Origin: Bdellovibrionota bacterium FG-1
GTDB taxonomy: Bacteria > Bdellovibrionota > UBA1018
NCBI GenBank assembly: GCA_051382295.1
Contig: JBBCAW010000001.1
Span: forward strand, 1-49,450
Length of the DNA stretch: 49,450 nucleotides
Direction: 5' to 3'
Within the stretch, counting starts at the first letter, position 1. Each line of letters starts with the position of its first letter. Positions 1 to 8,427 of this stretch are shown here, in pieces. Made by a program: the position numbers and the translations under genes. The notes below the pieces were generated by a model. The model had not been told where the DNA came from. It worked only from the letters and a program-made list of their open reading frames with translations, and did no database searches.

Positions 1-2
1 TG

Positions 3-347
3 AGAGGGCGGCTCTTTGAGCAATGGATCATCAATAATGCAAGGGCGCGCACGGACTATGATGAAAGAGATATCCAGTATTACGCCTGGAGAAATCTATC
101 CAACACGATTGAAGTGGATCTTTTTGCTGTCCGTGGAAAAACCCCTCTTTTTGGAGCTGAAATCAAAAGCTTTAGCCAACCCACCACCGAACACCTTGAC
201 GGGCTCAGAGTGCTCCGTGAGCAATATCCAAAACTTCCTCTGTATCTCGTTTGCACGGCAGAGCATCCTTATTGGGCAAGTGACGTGGAACAGGTCTTGG
301 TCGTTCCTTGGCAAAGCTTTTTGCTTGAGGAACTTCCGAAATATTAG
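3..347 (+). CDS. 3' end of an AAA-family ATPase with DUF4143-like C-terminal domain (truncated by the window edge)
   Basis: Frame 3 is open from the window start: RGRLFEQWII...YYAWRNLSNTIEVDLFAVRGKTPLFGAEIKS. This fits the G-LFE / Y-WR / EVD / EIKS pattern of AAA_14-DUF4143 proteins. Confidence 0.7.
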   Translation, partial: RGRLFEQWIINNARARTDYDERDIQYYAWRNLSNTIEVDLFAVRGKTPLFGAEIKSFSQPTTEHLDGLRVLREQYPKLPLYLVCTAEHPYWASDVEQVLVVPWQSFLLEELPKY

Positions 348-354
348 GGCCTAA

Positions 355-648
355 TCATTCATCCGACGTCGTCCAGATAAATTGAACTTCGGGCATCACC
401 TGGATTTGAAAAAAGCCTGAAACTCCAAAACCCAAATAAGGGTTGATATCTAAGTAAAAAGCATCAAATTCCCAACCGTTGCTGCCCACCGCATTTTCAA
501 GCGCACAAGTTTGCGCTGCCGCAGGAACAACCAAGAGTTCTTGCCTCATCCATTGCGATAAAGCTGGAATAGGAGCGGCATTTGCGGTGGCACAAACCAA
601 CCCAACCAGGGGCAGCCAGTATGGGGCCTTAGCGAGATGCTTTTGCAT
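355..648 (-). CDS. Small exported hypothetical protein with one helix + beta-hairpin module
   Basis: 97 aa. Signal-peptide-like N-terminus ending ANA-A. C-terminus is WEFDAFYLDINPYLGFGVSGFFQIQVMPEVQFIW. Overlaps the upstream gene by 20 bp. Confidence 0.65.
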   Translation of the reverse strand: MQKHLAKAPYWLPLVGLVCATANAAPIPALSQWMRQELLVVPAAAQTCALENAVGSNGWEFDAFYLDINPYLGFGVSGFFQIQVMPEVQFIWTTSDE

Positions 649-1993
649 AGATCAACTCCAGTTCACCGACGTTACCAATCGTCACAATCCCGAAAATACC
701 ATTCAAGGACATGTCAAATTCATTAGAAACTTCATGAAGCTCCCAACGTCCTGTTCCGCCTCGCGGAGTATGTCTTACAAAAAACGTTGATATTCGTTGC
801 GCTCGTCTTAAACCCGCACGCAGGGCTGATCGTCGAATCTTAACGATCCTTCGAAAAGGTTCAAGAGCTCGCAAGGGGTGAAACACAATACCCGCTTCTT
901 TGATTTCTGGCCGTAATTCTAGAGCGGCATCGGTGATTAGATCGACGGTTTCCTCTTGATCTATTTTGTCTGCATCTGTCGTCGAGTCCGCTCCCGTAAA
1001 TCCCAGAGTCTCGTGCGAGTCAGGGACCTTTTCAAAAAGTAAACTGCCCTTCATATGAGTAGAGGCTTGAGCAAATCCAAAATCTCCACCGGTGGTGATC
1101 CCCACCGCCGTGCGAATGGCATTCAGAGTGAAGCCGTTGAGTTCCATCCCATAGGCATCGTTTTCAAGGACATCGAGATCCCGAGAAAGAGCGGTCACAA
1201 AACCTTGGAGTCTTTCGCTCATTCGGTCCTGAGGGGGGGAGAGGGGGGCTGAACCCATTCGAGATCCCAGAAATTCAGATGAGGGTTTCTCCGACTTTTT
1301 CCAGTCAAAACGAAAAGTCACAGTGGCCCCCACCTGGACCCACGGAAGGGGCCTCCCGCTAGCGTCAAACTGAAGCTCAAGTCGAAAACTATTAGCTCGC
1401 CATTGCGAGTGGCGAAGAGAAAGCGAATCCAAGGAGCGTGCTAAAATCTGAAAATTCCGTGCAGATTCAGTCAAGTGCGTCCGCAAGCTGGGTTCATCCC
1501 GAATGATCCCCGTCGCTAAAGCCGCGCGAATCGCAGGTTCGATCTGTTGCGATAAAATCCCTGGTTCGCTGGGAGGCGCTGCTGGGTTTGAATCCCGATT
1601 TCGCCAAACCACCTGACCCGCCGCTGTCCCAGCCCCGACCAAAACTCCGATGATCCCGCTGAGGGTGACGCCAAAATCAGCGATGTAGCCACTGAGGTGC
1701 CACGGTTGCGCACAGTGAATAGTGTCGCGAAAAAAGTCGACTGGCTCTGAACGCAAACCCTCAAGGACCTCTTGATGAGTATCGACGATTTGCCCAAAGG
1801 AAGAGCCCAGCCGACTTTCGGTTTCCCTGGATAATGGACTCAGCTCAGGAGACTGTCGATCCGTAGTGGTCAACCAGTCTGATGGAAATCCCGTGGAGGG
1901 AGCTATCGGTCGGCATCCGCCGGCTCCCAGCCCCAGGATTAATAAAAGGACTGATAAAACGCAAAAACTAAAACCACGAATAAAATGATTCAT
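629..1993 (-). CDS. Putative lipoprotein with four repeated helix + beta-hairpin modules
   Basis: 454 aa. Hydrophobic N-terminus ending LGAGGC (lipobox-like Cys). Four segments have alternating hydrophobic residues around a central Gly turn. Confidence 0.7.
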   Translation of the reverse strand: MNHFIRGFSFCVLSVLLLILGLGAGGCRPIAPSTGFPSDWLTTTDRQSPELSPLSRETESRLGSSFGQIVDTHQEVLEGLRSEPVDFFRDTIHCAQPWHLSGYIADFGVTLSGIIGVLVGAGTAAGQVVWRNRDSNPAAPPSEPGILSQQIEPAIRAALATGIIRDEPSLRTHLTESARNFQILARSLDSLSLRHSQWRANSFRLELQFDASGRPLPWVQVGATVTFRFDWKKSEKPSSEFLGSRMGSAPLSPPQDRMSERLQGFVTALSRDLDVLENDAYGMELNGFTLNAIRTAVGITTGGDFGFAQASTHMKGSLLFEKVPDSHETLGFTGADSTTDADKIDQEETVDLITDAALELRPEIKEAGIVFHPLRALEPFRRIVKIRRSALRAGLRRAQRISTFFVRHTPRGGTGRWELHEVSNEFDMSLNGIFGIVTIGNVGELELIYAKASR

Positions 1994-2002
1994 AAGACGG
2001 TC

Positions 2003-2395
2003 TCATTGAAACGGAAAGGTTGGAATCCGAGCGCGAGAGTAAAGCAGCCGGATTCGGGGTTTGCCCGAAATCGAAAAAATCGGCCCCAGGCCCACCTGTG
2101 TGTTGATGGCAAAACCGACGACCACGGTATTGAGCCGAAGGGGTCCATCCGGATTTCTGGTGCAGGCCAACTCCGGAAACACCGACTCATGCACGGATTG
2201 CACCGCCACTTCCATTTGATCGCGATAAGAACCGGGTGAAATTGAGCGAAAGCCGTTTTGCCCGCTGTCACCTAGTCCAATCAGGGCCACAGGGGATAAC
2301 CCTCTTGAAAACGCTGAATGAGCTGTCAACGCGCCAGTTAAGGCGATTGATCCCAAAACCACAGCGAGGCCCGCCCGCCGAATTGTCTTTTTCAT
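2003..2395 (-). CDS. Exported hypothetical protein with one helix + beta-hairpin module
   Basis: 130 aa. Classic signal peptide MKKTIRRAGLAVVLGSIALTGALTAHSA. 9-bp gap to the next gene. Confidence 0.7.
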   Translation of the reverse strand: MKKTIRRAGLAVVLGSIALTGALTAHSAFSRGLSPVALIGLGDSGQNGFRSISPGSYRDQMEVAVQSVHESVFPELACTRNPDGPLRLNTVVVGFAINTQVGLGPIFSISGKPRIRLLYSRARIPTFPFQ

Positions 2396-2528
2396 TTAGT
2401 TTGCCTTACAATTAAAATGCGGGATGTTCAAATGAAAGGTAAGCCATTGCGCCATAATTAGAGGCTGTCCGCTGTCGTTCCTGGGATGGGCTACAGCCCG
2501 AATCACGTGGTCAACTGAATTTTAAGCG

Positions 2529-2732
2529 TTACCGATACCGGGCCGAATTATAGCTCGTGCAGGCGCTATGTCCGGCGAACAAGGACGGGCAACCGAAGTC
2601 CTGTTGCGCGTTCGTAATCGCCACCCGCCGGATCTCCGTGATCCCGCGCCAAACCCAGTCCCCATGACCTGATGCGGTAGCGAGAACGATGACCGTAACG
2701 ATAACTCCCATGGCTTCAGAAAATGACGGCAT
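2529..2732 (-). CDS. Small hypothetical membrane protein with a two-Cys C-terminus
   Basis: 67 aa with an N-terminal hydrophobic helix, starting 3 bp after the recombinase-domain ORF. A second copy of its 3' end at 4778-4843 differs mostly at synonymous sites, which supports coding status. Confidence 0.6.
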   Translation of the reverse strand: MPSFSEAMGVIVTVIVLATASGHGDWVWRGITEIRRVAITNAQQDFGCPSLFAGHSACTSYNSARYR

Positions 2733-2735
2733 AAT

Positions 2736-3242
2736 TCAGTCCCTCTTTTCGTTATTGCTTTGAGTCAAATAAACGCCCATGAGCCTGGCGTTGCACTCCA
2801 AAATTTGGCTGATGGACTTGGCGTGCCAACGTCCGCCGTTTTTGGTTTGAACATTTTCGGCACTGAAGGCCCGCGCAATCGCATGAAGCGACAACTTCGA
2901 GCGCCTGCCCTCGACCATCCTGGCGATTAGCTTTTGCTCGGCGACGTGTGGAACGAGCCGACCCTTCTCTCGCTTCCAGCCGAAGGGCGTCTGTCCCGTC
3001 ATGTCGAGCGCCCGCCGCGTCGACTGCACTTTGACCTTGGCGCGCTTGAGTGTCTCGCGCACGAGATCCCGCGAAACCCCGAGGCGAGCGGAAATTTGCT
3101 TCAAAGAAAGGCGTTCCTGCACATAGAGCGCAGGGATTTGGACTTCAAAATCTAGCTCTCGACAAAGGGAATGGTTAAACGTATCAACGAGGTACGTCCC
3201 AGGTGAGCGATTTTTTGTCTGTTCTGTGGATTGGGACCCCAT
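2736..3242 (-). CDS. HTH + serine-recombinase DNA-binding (Recombinase) domain protein lacking the catalytic resolvase domain
   Basis: TPFGWKREKGRLVPHVAEQKLIARM...SLHAIARAF...TKNGGRWHAKSISQIL matches the recombinase-domain pattern. It is preceded by an HTH (LSLKQISARLGVSRDLVRETL). No Y-x-R-x-S catalytic motif. Confidence 0.7.
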   Translation of the reverse strand: MGSQSTEQTKNRSPGTYLVDTFNHSLCRELDFEVQIPALYVQERLSLKQISARLGVSRDLVRETLKRAKVKVQSTRRALDMTGQTPFGWKREKGRLVPHVAEQKLIARMVEGRRSKLSLHAIARAFSAENVQTKNGGRWHAKSISQILECNARLMGVYLTQSNNEKRD

Positions 3243-3569
3243 ACTTACTTAAATTTCAAATACTTACAAATACAACCCTCGTCTAAATAAGACGAGGGAG
3301 ACGACCGATACATTGTTTAACCACAATGGAATCGAAGGGCTCTCCTCGAGTCCATCACCGAAAGGAATCCTCGCATGGGCTGTTACATTCGCGTCTTGCG
3401 ACCACAGAATAAACCGCTTTGAAAAGCGGCTCCTACGCGACCTCACTGAAGAGCTAACAAATATTGAGGTCAAGGATGCTCGGTGGCGCGAGGTCATCGA
3501 GCGCTGGGCGCGCCACCAAGAGCTGTAAGGGCAGGCTCTCGTGTAACAGAAGGATATCATTGCTTTCTT

Positions 3570-3635
3570 TTTCGTGTCGTTTCGAATGTTTCGTTTATTT
3601 CGTATGTTGCGTTTAATGGATTGTGCCGATACAAT
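3570..3635 (+). promoter_or_regulatory. Sigma-70 promoter with overlapping 9-bp-period direct repeats (putative operator of the HTH-PIN operon)
   Basis: TTGCGT(3607-3612)-N17-TACAAT(3630-3635). TTTCG/TTGCG units start at 3570, 3580, 3589, 3598 and 3607. Confidence 0.6.
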
Positions 3636-3663
3636 GGTAAACAGAAGCACCTGAGGAGAAATT

Positions 3664-4125
3664 ATGGCACTTCCAAAAATGAAGCAGAAAATGCCCCGCG
3701 CCAGGTCAGCTCCCCGTCCAGCAAAGAGGAGCATTAAGGTGCTCAATTATTTAGAGTTAAAAAAGCTCATAGCCCGGACAGGAAAGCGCGTTTCCATTTT
3801 CTTAGGTAATGACGAAATTCAAATGCTAAAAAGTGAGCAAAAACTTTTTATCGAAGCCGTCTTGGAAACGATTGATCTCAAGGAAGCACAGAAGAGTGGC
3901 TCTGTCCTATCGACCCAAGAAGTTGCCGATCTTCTCAATGTTTCGCGTCCATTTGTCGTCAAGCTGATCGAAAAGCATCAGCTTAAATCTTTCAACGTCG
4001 GTTCTCATCGCAGAGTTCTAGAGGTAGACGCCCTCGCTTTTCGGCAGAAAATGAGAAATGAAAAGAATGACGCACTTGATGCTCTTGCAAAAGAGACCGA
4101 AAGCCTGGGTCTCGAATTCAAATGA
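3664..4125 (+). CDS. Excisionase-family (HTH_17) DNA-binding protein, putative antitoxin
   Basis: LSTQEVADLLNVSRPFVVKLIEK...VGSHRRV motif. RBS GAGGAG upstream. ATGA overlap with the PIN gene. Confidence 0.85.
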   Translation: MALPKMKQKMPRARSAPRPAKRSIKVLNYLELKKLIARTGKRVSIFLGNDEIQMLKSEQKLFIEAVLETIDLKEAQKSGSVLSTQEVADLLNVSRPFVVKLIEKHQLKSFNVGSHRRVLEVDALAFRQKMRNEKNDALDALAKETESLGLEFK

Positions 4126-4682
4126 GTCGAATGATCGCGTTTTTAGACGCATGTGTCCTCTATCCTTTTTCATTGAGAGATGTGCTGATTCAGTTCTCGG
4201 TTGAGGGGATGTTTCAGGCCAAATGGTCTGCCAAAGTTCAAGCCGAGGTGATCAAGAACGTTGAAGGGAACAATCCAGCCATCTCCGGAAGACTCGTACG
4301 CACGTTTGGGTTGATGGAGCGCGCAGTACCAGACTTCCGGTCGGAACCAACCCAGAACACTGTTGGCCTTGTCTCGCAGTCTTCCACCGATCCAAAGGAT
4401 GTCGAGATTTTGGCCGCCGCGATCGACGGCGCATGTACCCATCTGGTTACGTCGAATCTCAAGGACTTTGATATTGCCTACGGATCAGCTCGTGGCGTCG
4501 CGGTGATGCACCCCGACGAGTTTTTAGAAAAGCTGATTGAGGAACATTTAGAAAGCGCGCGAGCTGGATTTGAGACTATTGTGGCCAGGTGCAAGAACCC
4601 GCCCCGCGCGAAAGCGGATTATTGCGAAGCTTTTAAGAAAAACCGGTTACCAAAGACAGCATCGAAGCTGGAGTATCTTTGA
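4122..4682 (+). CDS. PIN-domain protein (VapC-like putative ribonuclease toxin)
   Basis: Acidic PIN motifs AFLDACVLYP, LRD, DPKDVEILAAAI, LVTSNLKDF and HPDEFL. Confidence 0.85.
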   Translation: MSRMIAFLDACVLYPFSLRDVLIQFSVEGMFQAKWSAKVQAEVIKNVEGNNPAISGRLVRTFGLMERAVPDFRSEPTQNTVGLVSQSSTDPKDVEILAAAIDGACTHLVTSNLKDFDIAYGSARGVAVMHPDEFLEKLIEEHLESARAGFETIVARCKNPPRAKADYCEAFKKNRLPKTASKLEYL

Positions 4683-4777
4683 GCGGTCCGGAAGAAGCTG
4701 GCGAAGCCACCGCGCCCCGGCAGCAGTAGAAAACCGAGGAAATGATGCAGTAGTCATGTGTCGCATCAAGTGCTGAG

Positions 4778-4843
4778 TCATCGATACCGGGCGGAATTGT
4801 AGCTTGAGCAGGCGCTGCGCCCGGCGAACAAGGACGGGCAGCC
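4778..4843 (-). pseudogene. 3' fragment of a paralog of the 67-aa gene at 2529-2732, cut off by an IS remnant
   Basis: Encodes GCPSLFAGRSACSSYNSARYR-stop. 56/66 nt identical to 2529-2594. Confidence 0.7.
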
Positions 4844-5353
4844 TGTCCTGCTTCAAATTCAAAATCAGGCAGCAACCGAGATTGAAAAGCGTGTTGTCCA
4901 AATACTCCCTGCGCACCGTACCGATAAGTCGCTCAACAAAGGGATCGTCATCCGTACTCAAATGCCGCGGTAAACCGTTTTGTAGCCGAATAGCTACAAA
5001 CATTCGGCAGACATCTTCACCAGTTTCTCGATGCCGATTTTGGACAGCCACGACGGACCTGGGCCCAAAGGCGTGAAGTAATGCTTACGAAGAATTCTTC
5101 TGACCAGCTGCTCACCAACGCTCTGTGAAGCCGAAGTAAAGTTGAATGGGCGACGACAACGGAGAGTTTCGGCAGTCGCGAGTCGATCCAAGAGCGTGAG
5201 TCTTGGCGCTCTCGAATTTTTTCTTCGGACGAGCAAGAGCTGCTGTCTGAGCAAAAGGGTCTCGGCGACCAACAGACTCTTGCCACCAGGCCTAGAGATT
5301 TTTGCCGTCAGCACAAAAACGTCCAAAATCAGTCGCAACACTTCTTCGAACAT
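4844..5353 (-). mobile_element. Internally deleted IS481-like (integrase core) transposase pseudogene
   Basis: Fragments in different frames: AETLLLRQQLLLVRRKNSRAPRLTLLDRL, STLLRLHRALV, VRRILRKHY..GPSW, VCRMF..PRHLSTDDDP, FVERLIGTVRREYLD and RFSISVAA-stop. The end begins TGTCCTGCTTCAAATTC. Confidence 0.75.
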
Positions 5354-5473
5354 TTCTCATTTTTGGTGCCTCTTATTAAAGCCAGCAGTTGCAATATATT
5401 ACATCGGTTTTATGATATTTCACATACCTGCAAAATACATTTGATATCTGCAATAACGTGCTATACTAGGGAC

Positions 5474-6568
5474 ATGGATCTAGCCAGAAAGCTCAACCAG
5501 ACCGCAGCCCTCGTACAGGATTTTTTTCAGGGACTCCATTCGGGCGGCTGGGCAGGCGCTGAACTTTACGAGCCGCCGAACCTGCCGGTTTGGATGAGGG
5601 GGGCTGCTCGATACGGCCGCTTCAGATGTGGGTCCGCCCAAGGCGACCTGCAAGTGACGCTGATCGTCCCCGAAAAAGGACTTCCCTTTGAGCACGTCGC
5701 CAACCTCTATCGAGTCTTCACGAGGATGGGATCGGGACCGGCCCTGATCCTGGCCGACGATCTGCCGCCTAAGGCCCGAGGCGTTCTCGTCCGCATGGGC
5801 ATCCCTCATGTGGTGAGCGACGGCTCGATCTATGCGCCACAGCTCGGACTAGCCTATGGAAAAATCAGGGAGCCGCCTGCCGAACGAGTGACCGCTCAGA
5901 CGCTTTCGTCCGTCGGCCTCAAGCTCACGGCGGCCTATCTTCTCAATCCAAAACTTTTTGAAGGCCCTCCTGCACTTTCTGAACTTCAGGAGCGCCTTGA
6001 AAAGCAAGGACCGTACTCCGTTTCGGTTGCGACCCTGTCGCGCGCCTTTCAACAGCTTCAAGAACTAGAACTCGTCGAGGTTAAAGGCCAGGGACCAAAT
6101 AAGCGCATGCACTTCCTGGAAGGTCCGCAAACCTGGGTACAACTCCTCCGTGTTCCCGTGGAAACCATCGTCCGTCGAGTGGAAACCCGCTATCTACCTC
6201 ACGACGACAGCATGTACGTTCTTTCGGGCGATTCCGCTCTCGGAAAACTTTCCGACCTGACGGACCCCACCTCTCCGACGGTTGCCATGTCGGTATCCTC
6301 CTACCGCAAATGGAAAGAAAACGCCGGCGACACTTGGGGGAAAAGGGATCAGCCCGTGACCGATTGGGGCGCGCCTCCCTGCATAATTGAACTCTGGAAA
6401 GAAGATCCGCATTTCTTGCAGGAGAAGGGCTGTATCAACGCCGTCGAGCTAGTGCTATCACTTCGTTGGCACCACGACGAGCGAGTGCAAATAGCTCTCG
6501 ACCAGATTCTTGAACACCACGGACTCGACCCAGCGTCGCTCGAAGCAGGAAGGACATCGCATGACTAA
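5474..6568 (+). CDS. Winged-HTH protein, putative AbiEi-like antitoxin/regulator
   Basis: Central HTH (SVSVATLSRAFQQLQELELV), YVLSGDSALGKLSDL, and C-terminal IELW...INAVELVLSL...DERVQIAL. Start moved to ATG 5474, behind the extended -10 TGcTATACT. Confidence 0.65.
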   Translation: MDLARKLNQTAALVQDFFQGLHSGGWAGAELYEPPNLPVWMRGAARYGRFRCGSAQGDLQVTLIVPEKGLPFEHVANLYRVFTRMGSGPALILADDLPPKARGVLVRMGIPHVVSDGSIYAPQLGLAYGKIREPPAERVTAQTLSSVGLKLTAAYLLNPKLFEGPPALSELQERLEKQGPYSVSVATLSRAFQQLQELELVEVKGQGPNKRMHFLEGPQTWVQLLRVPVETIVRRVETRYLPHDDSMYVLSGDSALGKLSDLTDPTSPTVAMSVSSYRKWKENAGDTWGKRDQPVTDWGAPPCIIELWKEDPHFLQEKGCINAVELVLSLRWHHDERVQIALDQILEHHGLDPASLEAGRTSHD

Positions 6569-7322
6569 ACTGCAATCCCATCAGGTAACGGAGTTCGGTG
6601 CCTACTTCAAGAATCACCTCAAGGACTACTCCATCATCGGCGGAGCCGCGACCCTCATCCACCTCGACGAGCGGGCGGCCGGAACGCACACGAAAGCCAC
6701 CAAGGATCTTGACATCGCCGTACTTGATCTGAGCGCCGATGGAAAGACCTCGACGTTTCTTACGCGCTTCACTCGATACGTCGATGAAATGCAGTATGAT
6801 GTTTTCACCGGCAAGACCGAGAAGGCCCACGCGTATCGCTTTATGAATCCAAAGGCTGGTATCGCTCCCCACAAGATCGAGATCGCGACCCGTTTGATGG
6901 AAGGGTTGAAGCTCAAAGGAGAGGCTCAACGGCTAACGGAATTCGACATTTCAGCAATCGTCTGCGATCCCGTCTACATCGAGCACCTGAAATCGCATTC
7001 GGAGGCAAAGGTGCTCTCCGGCACTGGAGGCGCTCCGGTTAATGTCGCCCGCGCCAGCTCCATCATATTGATGAAGGCCCTGGCCTATGTAAATCTCATC
7101 GCAAACGATGCGATGAAACACCACGCCGCCCGTCACGCGGCGGACATCATGCGCCTGTCCGCAGTGCTCAATGAGTCCGACAGAATCGAGGTTCAGGCTG
7201 ACCTCTACGCCGCCTTTGAAAGGCTCGTTAGCATGAGCAGCACGGCCTTTCCCGTTGATCGGGTCAAGGAGATTCGAGGTAAGAAAGTCCCGCCCGATCA
7301 GGTGATTTCCGAGCTGAAGTAG
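6561..7322 (+). CDS. DNA-pol-beta-superfamily nucleotidyltransferase (AbiEii-like putative toxin)
   Basis: YSIIGGAA...KATKDLDIAV (GG plus DxD) and ILMKALAY...HAADIMRL. Start at 6561 overlaps the upstream gene by 8 bp. Confidence 0.7.
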   Translation: MTKLQSHQVTEFGAYFKNHLKDYSIIGGAATLIHLDERAAGTHTKATKDLDIAVLDLSADGKTSTFLTRFTRYVDEMQYDVFTGKTEKAHAYRFMNPKAGIAPHKIEIATRLMEGLKLKGEAQRLTEFDISAIVCDPVYIEHLKSHSEAKVLSGTGGAPVNVARASSIILMKALAYVNLIANDAMKHHAARHAADIMRLSAVLNESDRIEVQADLYAAFERLVSMSSTAFPVDRVKEIRGKKVPPDQVISELK

Positions 7323-7387
7323 TTCATCCACCTAAAACGTTAAGGTTTGCAGAAAGACTTATCCACTTTCGGAACAAACCTGGGATC

Positions 7388-7525
7388 CTTCAAATTCAAA
7401 ACCAGGCAGCAACCGGGATTGAAAAGCGGGCACCGCAGTAGGATTTCCAGGCGTAATTCTTGAGATCGATCTGGCCGATCGCGCCTTTTCTACCCATCCC
7501 GAGCGGAATCTTGCCGCAAGTCGCC
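7388..7525 (-). mobile_element. 3'-terminal remnant of the same IS481-like element
   Basis: Encodes GKIPLGMGRKGAIGQIDLKNYAWKSYCGARFSIPVAA. About 40 bp are nearly identical to 4851-4891. Confidence 0.7.
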
Positions 7526-7630
7526 GGTCATTGGGGTATGAATTGGGCGGGGAGATCAACTTTGGATAATCTCAATTAGCCCTGGATCCGGGCCAAAATC
7601 CTCACTGCAATCAAAAAAGGTTTGAGCCGC

Positions 7631-8284
7631 CTAAACTCCGCCAAAGCCCGACGATACAATAGCCCGCGCGCGCTCATAGATCGCGGTGGCCCAGGCGTCG
7701 GTTTGCCTGAGCCCTTCGGGACCCAGATAATCGTAGTGCAGGCCGTCCCCGCCGGAGGCTGGATAATGGGTCAATGCACGGGAGTCCGTAAACGCGCATT
7801 CGGGCGTGCTTGCGCCACGCAGGACGCCGTAAAGCTCGTTCATGGCCGGACCGGTACGCGTGCGCGAGTCTGGCGGCCCGACCCAAAGACACTGGCTGCC
7901 GGCCCTCGCGGTCATCTCGGCCAGGCGTTTGACGACCGAAGCACTGTAGTCCATGGGCGCCGAGTAAAGATTGGCTCCCAGCGCGATGATCGTTAGTTGC
8001 GGATGGTACCTCTCCAGGAGGTCCGCAAAAACCGGGGTCGCGCCTTTTTCGGTATCGATCAGGCGTCCGTCGGGCAGGTGTTCAAAAACGGCATGACCGG
8101 GAGCGTCCCCCAAAAGCCAGCTTTCAGGGTTTGAGCCCCAGCTCGCAAAAGTGGCGACCGAAGCCTCAGGTCGGGTGCGAAGCAGGCCGTCGAGCTTGCG
8201 ACCAAAGCTCTGGTAAGTGTGCGAGTCGCCGATCAATAGGATCGCGACAAACAGGCTGCCTGGAGGGCAGTGGGCCTTCTTCAT
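7631..8284 (-). CDS. SGNH/GDSL-family hydrolase
   Basis: Block I LLIGDSH, block III ALGAN and block V DGLHY. Likely start is MKKAH at 8284. Confidence 0.8.
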   Translation of the reverse strand: MKKAHCPPGSLFVAILLIGDSHTYQSFGRKLDGLLRTRPEASVATFASWGSNPESWLLGDAPGHAVFEHLPDGRLIDTEKGATPVFADLLERYHPQLTIIALGANLYSAPMDYSASVVKRLAEMTARAGSQCLWVGPPDSRTRTGPAMNELYGVLRGASTPECAFTDSRALTHYPASGGDGLHYDYLGPEGLRQTDAWATAIYERARAIVSSGFGGV

Positions 8285-8427
8285 GGTTCTTTTTCTCTCA
8301 GAGAAACGACGATTTGACAAACTGAAAGGATTTTGTTCAAGCTTTAGGACTACCCCATCCAACACGAATTCTTGACCGTTCGGCGCCATCGCAGGCGGCG
8401 GGCACTTTTCGTACTGGCCCTATTGTC

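Noticed and set aside
16..354. 112-aa ORF in frame 1 and the antisense 72-aa ORF
   Set aside because: They overlap the frame-3 DUF4143-like coding sequence, which has recognisable motifs.
3313..3528. 71-aa plus ORF
   Set aside because: It may be the 3' remnant of a real gene, but I cannot assign a family or a credible start.
3264..3746. 160-aa minus ORF with KRNIRNKRNIRN repeats
   Set aside because: The peptide repeat is just the translation of the 9-bp operator-like array. The ORF runs antisense across a promoter and a real gene start.
5363..5473. N-terminal 37 codons of the 401-aa ORF
   Set aside because: AT-rich promoter sequence. The ATG at 5474 is the better start.
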